DNA of 64,000 nt from Chrysemys picta bellii (taxonomy: Eukaryota): positions 20,088,001 to 20,152,000 of the forward strand of contig NC_088808.1 in NCBI RefSeq assembly GCF_011386835.1. The letters are read 5' to 3'. Shown one piece after another: positions 60,301 through 64,000 of this stretch. How positions within the stretch are numbered: the stretch's first letter is position 1; each line of letters begins with the position of its first letter. The notes beneath the pieces are model-generated. The model was not told the DNA's origin, did not search any database, and saw nothing but the letters and a program-made list of their open reading frames with translations. The translations under genes were made by a program, and so were the position numbers.

Positions 60301-62492
60301 TGATTCTCCAGGATTTGTGTTCAGTGATATTCCCAACGTGCAGCGCACTTTCCAAATACGAAAGGTGACATGGTCCCTGTTCTGGAGAGGTGGAGTTAAT
60401 TTCATACAATCCTTGGACTTTCTTCCTTTAATTTTAAAAGGCTCATCTGCAGTCATGACACCTGGTGACAGTTGCCTAACATATCTTCCAAGGATGGATT
60501 TGGTCAGTACTTGGGTGCAAAAACCCCCCGGGTGCTGCAAGATTTGTTGTTGGGAGCGGTGGGTGTATGTATGTAATGCACATGATTCTAGTATCAATGG
60601 GAATGTTTCTTACACAATGTGTGTTCTCGGTTCTTGTTACATGCCAGTTGTGTTTGAGAAGTTAAATATTTAAGTCGTAACTACAATGTGCTTTAATAAG
60701 AATGCTAGAAGCATCGTATTAAAAGCAGAATTGAAAGAAATATTTAAATTTCTAGTTGCTTATTACATGGAAGGAAGAGATTCTATGCAGCTACTTTACC
60801 GATGGACAAAAAGCGTGGATCCCAACCTAAGGAAAGGATTCTGGACACCAGAAGAAGATGCTGTAAGTTCCTTTATCTTTCCTCTAGTGCTAGAAAAACG
60901 GCGTGATACAAAAAGTGGATAGATTAAGCCATTCCATTGTTCTGTTGCTGAATAGCCACATGTCTCGGAGGTTTTAATCGGTGGAACGTGAAAAAGCAAC
61001 CAAAAGTGGCAGTTCAGAAGTTTTAGGAGTTCACATGGAGTCACGGGACCTAGTTTCAGATTAGATTATAGTAGAGACTAACATATCTGCTTTTGTCTTG
61101 AGCCCATTTTAGCTGAAATGGACAAACATGCAATTTCTACTGGGTCCATTAGTGAAACATTAACTTTAATTAGTGTTCTATGGACACTTGACTGTCTTCA
61201 TACATTATCCAGGCACAGAAGTGGGTTGTGATCTCTATTACAAGTATGGCATAGGTGCTATACAAACCCAGAGGTAGATGCGCAACTGTCCCCTGAAGAG
61301 CTTCCAGTCTGCTCTGACTGTATTTCACTAAGGCTGAAATGCCACGTCTCTCTTCCTCATGCACTAGACTAGTGTAGCAGTGTTTTCATTTGAAAACAAA
61401 CTAGTTTAAAATAAGTTCTATGGGTATTTTTAAAATAAAATTAATTTGGCATAAACGATCTGGCATGACCTCTCTGAGTAACTCCAAAGCTCAGCAATGA
61501 TAAAATTAAAGTCCTCCTATGATGGCTCTCTATTTGCCGCTTCTTCTTTGGGGGTGGGGAGGGAGGGTAGGTGTGACTGGGAGGGCACAAACCTAATGGA
61601 GGCAGAATGAATTAAAAGCAGGGTGTGATGTATATAGCTAGGTAATTCCCAAAAGATTCCAGCCAGTGGAGACTTGTTAACTTAGAATGACTTGCATGCA
61701 TTATCAGCCTACTCTTTTTGTGTAATTCATGTAGAAGTTATTGGCAGCAGTTGCTAAGTATGGAGAGCGTGACTGGTATAAAATTCGGACAGAGGTACCA
61801 GGAAGGAGTGATGCTCAATGCAGAGACAGGTCTGTATAGTGACTAAAAGAATCTTGCTTCCAAGTTCTCTCCCGTAATAAAGATGCAGCATTTAAAAAAA
61901 AGGGGGGGGGGTGGATTTTTATGATACGTGCATCTAGTTCCTCTGTGCACCTTTCACAAATAAAAACCATCAAAACCTATATTCTAAATAGAAAAAAGAG
62001 GCCAGAAGGAATCTAGGCATATCCCCTCCCACATTTTCACTGTTTGATTATCCTATGCATGTCTATGAAAAGTCTAGTCAGTGACTCTTGTGGGGAGTTA
62101 GAGGTGCTCAGCACCTTCCAGAATTAGGCTCTAAATTAGCAATTGTACCTGAAATGTATCTAGTTTTGAGTTGCCTTTACTATTCCTTAATTGGGAGTCC
62201 TGGGATCTTTGCTGAGAACCAAGGACTTGCATTACCAGCAATGGAGCTGCAGTGTCAAGGGTACAGGCATGTGGGACTGCATGGGGGAAGGATGGGGTCC
62301 ACTGATTTTACTCTCTTCATTTAACTTTAGAAACATGTCTCATGAAAGAGAACATTTAATCCCGTTAAACTTTGTATCAAATCTTTTAATTTTCTAGGTA
62401 TTTAAATGCATTACACCATGATGTAAAGAAAGGCAGGTGGAGTTTAGAGGAAAAAGAAAAGTTAATTGAACTGGTAGAGAAACATGGTGTAG
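48152..62492 (+). CDS. SNAPC4: SNAPC4 (SNAP190), Myb-repeat subunit of the snRNA-activating complex, 5' part. Exons 48152-48290, 50779-50819, 51715-51876, 52857-52982, 54319-54397, 55008-55089, 55978-56082, 57844-57916, 58337-58501, 60096-60243, 60756-60862, 61735-61829, 62398-62492; continues beyond the window; possible upstream start at 47842
   Basis: 13 phase-consistent GT-AG exons. Peptides [80 protein letters not shown], and Myb repeats with W spacing ([24 protein letters not shown]; [12 protein letters not shown]). Confidence 0.96.
50073..50732 (-). mobile_element. CR1 LINE 3' fragment (same family as 35386)
   Basis: Minus-strand [36 protein letters not shown]; 3' end CATAAGAAC on the + strand. 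Confidence 0.92.
52128..52213. repeat. Representative of an abundant short inverted-repeat family (about 80-150 bp); other copies near 13560-13635, 27105-27235, 45440-45470, 49690-49790, 51405-51490, 57700-57790
   Basis: Termini GAGCCTGATC / GATCAGGCCC around a degenerate CCATTGA(C/T)TTCA(A/G)TGG core shared by the copies. Confidence 0.5.
53494..53770 (-). mobile_element. Short CR1 3' UTR fragment
   Basis: CATAAGAACAGCCAT..GGTCAGACC..TCCATCTAGCCCAGTATCCTGTCTTCCAACAGTGGCCA, closely similar to 50073-50350. Confidence 0.88.
54670..54790 (+). mobile_element. 5S-derived SINE head (AmnSINE-like)
   Basis: AAGCTAAGCAGGGTCGTGCCAGGTCAGTACT (54690-54720) matches the 5S rRNA A-box/C-box region. Confidence 0.6.
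56463..56905. mobile_element. Penelope-like element fragment arranged as a long inverted repeat (arms 56495-56678 and 56722-56905)
   Basis: 184-bp arms, 4 mismatches, 43-bp spacer; flanking direct repeat ACATGTTCTGT(C/A)TAGT at 56449-56464 and 56903-56918; hammerhead motif in each arm. Confidence 0.85.
56551..56591 (-). ncRNA. Minimal type I hammerhead ribozyme motif (Penelope-associated), core intact
   Basis: The minus strand reads GCAU CUGAAGA A GUGAGGU UCGU ACCCAC GAAA GCUU AUGC: stem I GCAU/AUGC, core CUGANGA and GAAA, stem II GUG(A)GGU/ACCCAC, palindromic AGCU stem III. Activity is untested. Confidence 0.7.
59224..59732 (+). mobile_element. Older CR1 LINE 3' fragment
   Basis: Decayed ORF2 end (GTGTCCAGTTC..AAATTGGAGAGGGTTGAGAAAAGAGCCA..) and tail CAGGAGGTCAGACTAGATGA..CTTCTGGCCTT. 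Confidence 0.8.
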
Positions 62493-63152
62493 GTAAGTTT
62501 TCACTGTGGCATGATCTTTAAGGGCTTGTAATGGTTTGAGCTGCCTTCCCCCTGCTCTCTCCCCCACTTTAAATTAAAATCCTGCAGTTAGTACTGGAGA
62601 GCTTTGCTTCTTACTGAGAAATGCATATTGCCCTCTTCCATGTATGGTATGGCCTGCATGTAGTGATCGATGGAATAGGGAGACCGTTTACATAAAGGAG
62701 TCTTGAGATATTTCTGTGCACTGTGCAGTCCTGGTTACTGAAACCCTCTGCTTGTGAAGTTGACCAGTAGAGGGGGAAGAATTCTATAAATGGGCTCCCT
62801 TGTGCATTACTTTCTTTCAGGAGAAGATCTTATGGCAGTACAGAAGCTTTGGGCATGCAGCTATATGCTTTCCTCTTCTAATAGTAATTACTGGAAGGGA
62901 ACCTTCTTTCCACCTTCTAACCCCAGCTACAAGTGTATGGCAAAGAGAGGTTGAGTTGGAGCACAGGACTGGGAACTAGGGATTCCTCTAGTTTTGGTCC
63001 AGCTCTGATACTGACTCTTTGTGGCTTTGCTATACAAATGTTATGTAATTTCTTGTCCACTTTTCATTTGGCTCACATCCAGTTTTGTGTTCCTAAAGCT
63101 CATGCTTCAGGAACGCACATAAGCATGTGTTTAAGTCCCATTGATTTCACTG

Positions 63153-63698
63153 CAGGGGTCAGGAAGGGATTTTCCCTACCTCCCCCCAATGTATTTGGGT
63201 TTTTTTATGGTCGTCTTCCTCTGAAGCATCAGGGATGACCACTGCAGGAGGTGGGACATGGATAGTGGGTAGGCCATGGCCCTGAGATGGCACCGAGCAT
63301 TCTGTCTCTCTCAGGTGCTTGGTTGCCTGACTCTTGCTCACATGCTCAGGCTCTAACTGATCACCATATGTGGGATCGGGAAGGAATTTTCCCCCAGATC
63401 ACATTGGCAGTGACCTTGTTGATTTGTTTTTTTTCTGGCTTCCTCTGCAGTGTATAGGGGCAGGTCACTCACCAGGATTATCTGGGTATATCTCCCTTCC
63501 TTTTCATTGTGGGGGCCTCAGGCACCTCTGTCCCTTCTATTCTCTGCCTGTGGCATGTAGTGGTCTAGTCTCCTGTGGGCTGTAATGCTTTGGTGGCTGG
63601 ATTTAGTGTGGGGGTGATGATGGTGGTGGCCTGTGCTAGACAGGAGATCAGACTAGATGATCTGGTGGTCCCTCCTGGCCTTAAACTCTATGACTATG
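63153..63698 (+). mobile_element. CR1 3' UTR fragment
   Basis: GGGGTCAGGAAGGGATTTTCCC..GGAAGGAATTTTCCCCCAG..CAGACTAGATGATCTGGTGGTCCCTCCTGGCCTTAAACTCTATGACTATG tail. Confidence 0.8.
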
Positions 63699-64000
63699 TG
63701 TAAAAAGCACTTGTTTTAAAGGGATTCTGTCCCTTTAAAAATCACGCTACTTTCTGAATGTCTGCCTACTCTTGACGCAGGTAACCTCTCAGATTACTGG
63801 AACTGAAAGAGATTAGAGAGAAGAACAGTCCCCCACTTTTCCAGTTTATGTACTTTGTGCATTTCACAGCACTTTGCATATTGTCCATTTCAGCTTCCCT
63901 CCGTAGCTGGTCAGTTTCCTCTATATGGGCCTTTCACAGAGAGGCATGGGAGAGAGAAACCTTTTAAAAAGTAATAAAATGTGATCATAAAGCCTCTTTT

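Overview
Vertebrate (non-prokaryotic) genomic DNA, most likely a turtle, judged from the repeat content: tortoise Pol III/SINE, turtle-type CR1, Penelope-like and hAT elements. The window holds five intron-containing genes in the same order and orientation pattern as human 9q34.3: the 3' end of SEC16A (+), complete INPP5E (+), complete PMPCA (-), complete ENTR1/SDCCAG3 (+), and the 5' part of SNAPC4 (+, runs off the right edge). I read all coding exons by eye, checking GT-AG boundaries and phase continuity; gene identity rests on recalled homologue peptides, not a database search. Most ORF-track entries are spurious. The most notable non-coding signals are: (1) a 411-bp near-perfect hairpin (184-bp arms, 4 mismatches, TSD-flanked) from a Penelope-like element in a SNAPC4 intron, with an intact minimal hammerhead ribozyme on the antisense arm and a core-mutated copy on the sense arm; (2) a candidate 19-nt poison microexon in SEC16A; (3) an in-frame upstream AUG exon, a tandem splice donor and a four-E-box promoter in SNAPC4; (4) four uORFs in front of INPP5E; (5) a duplicated CCAAT/GC module in the PMPCA-ENTR1 bidirectional promoter. 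None is shown to be a new biological system; each needs the checks listed.
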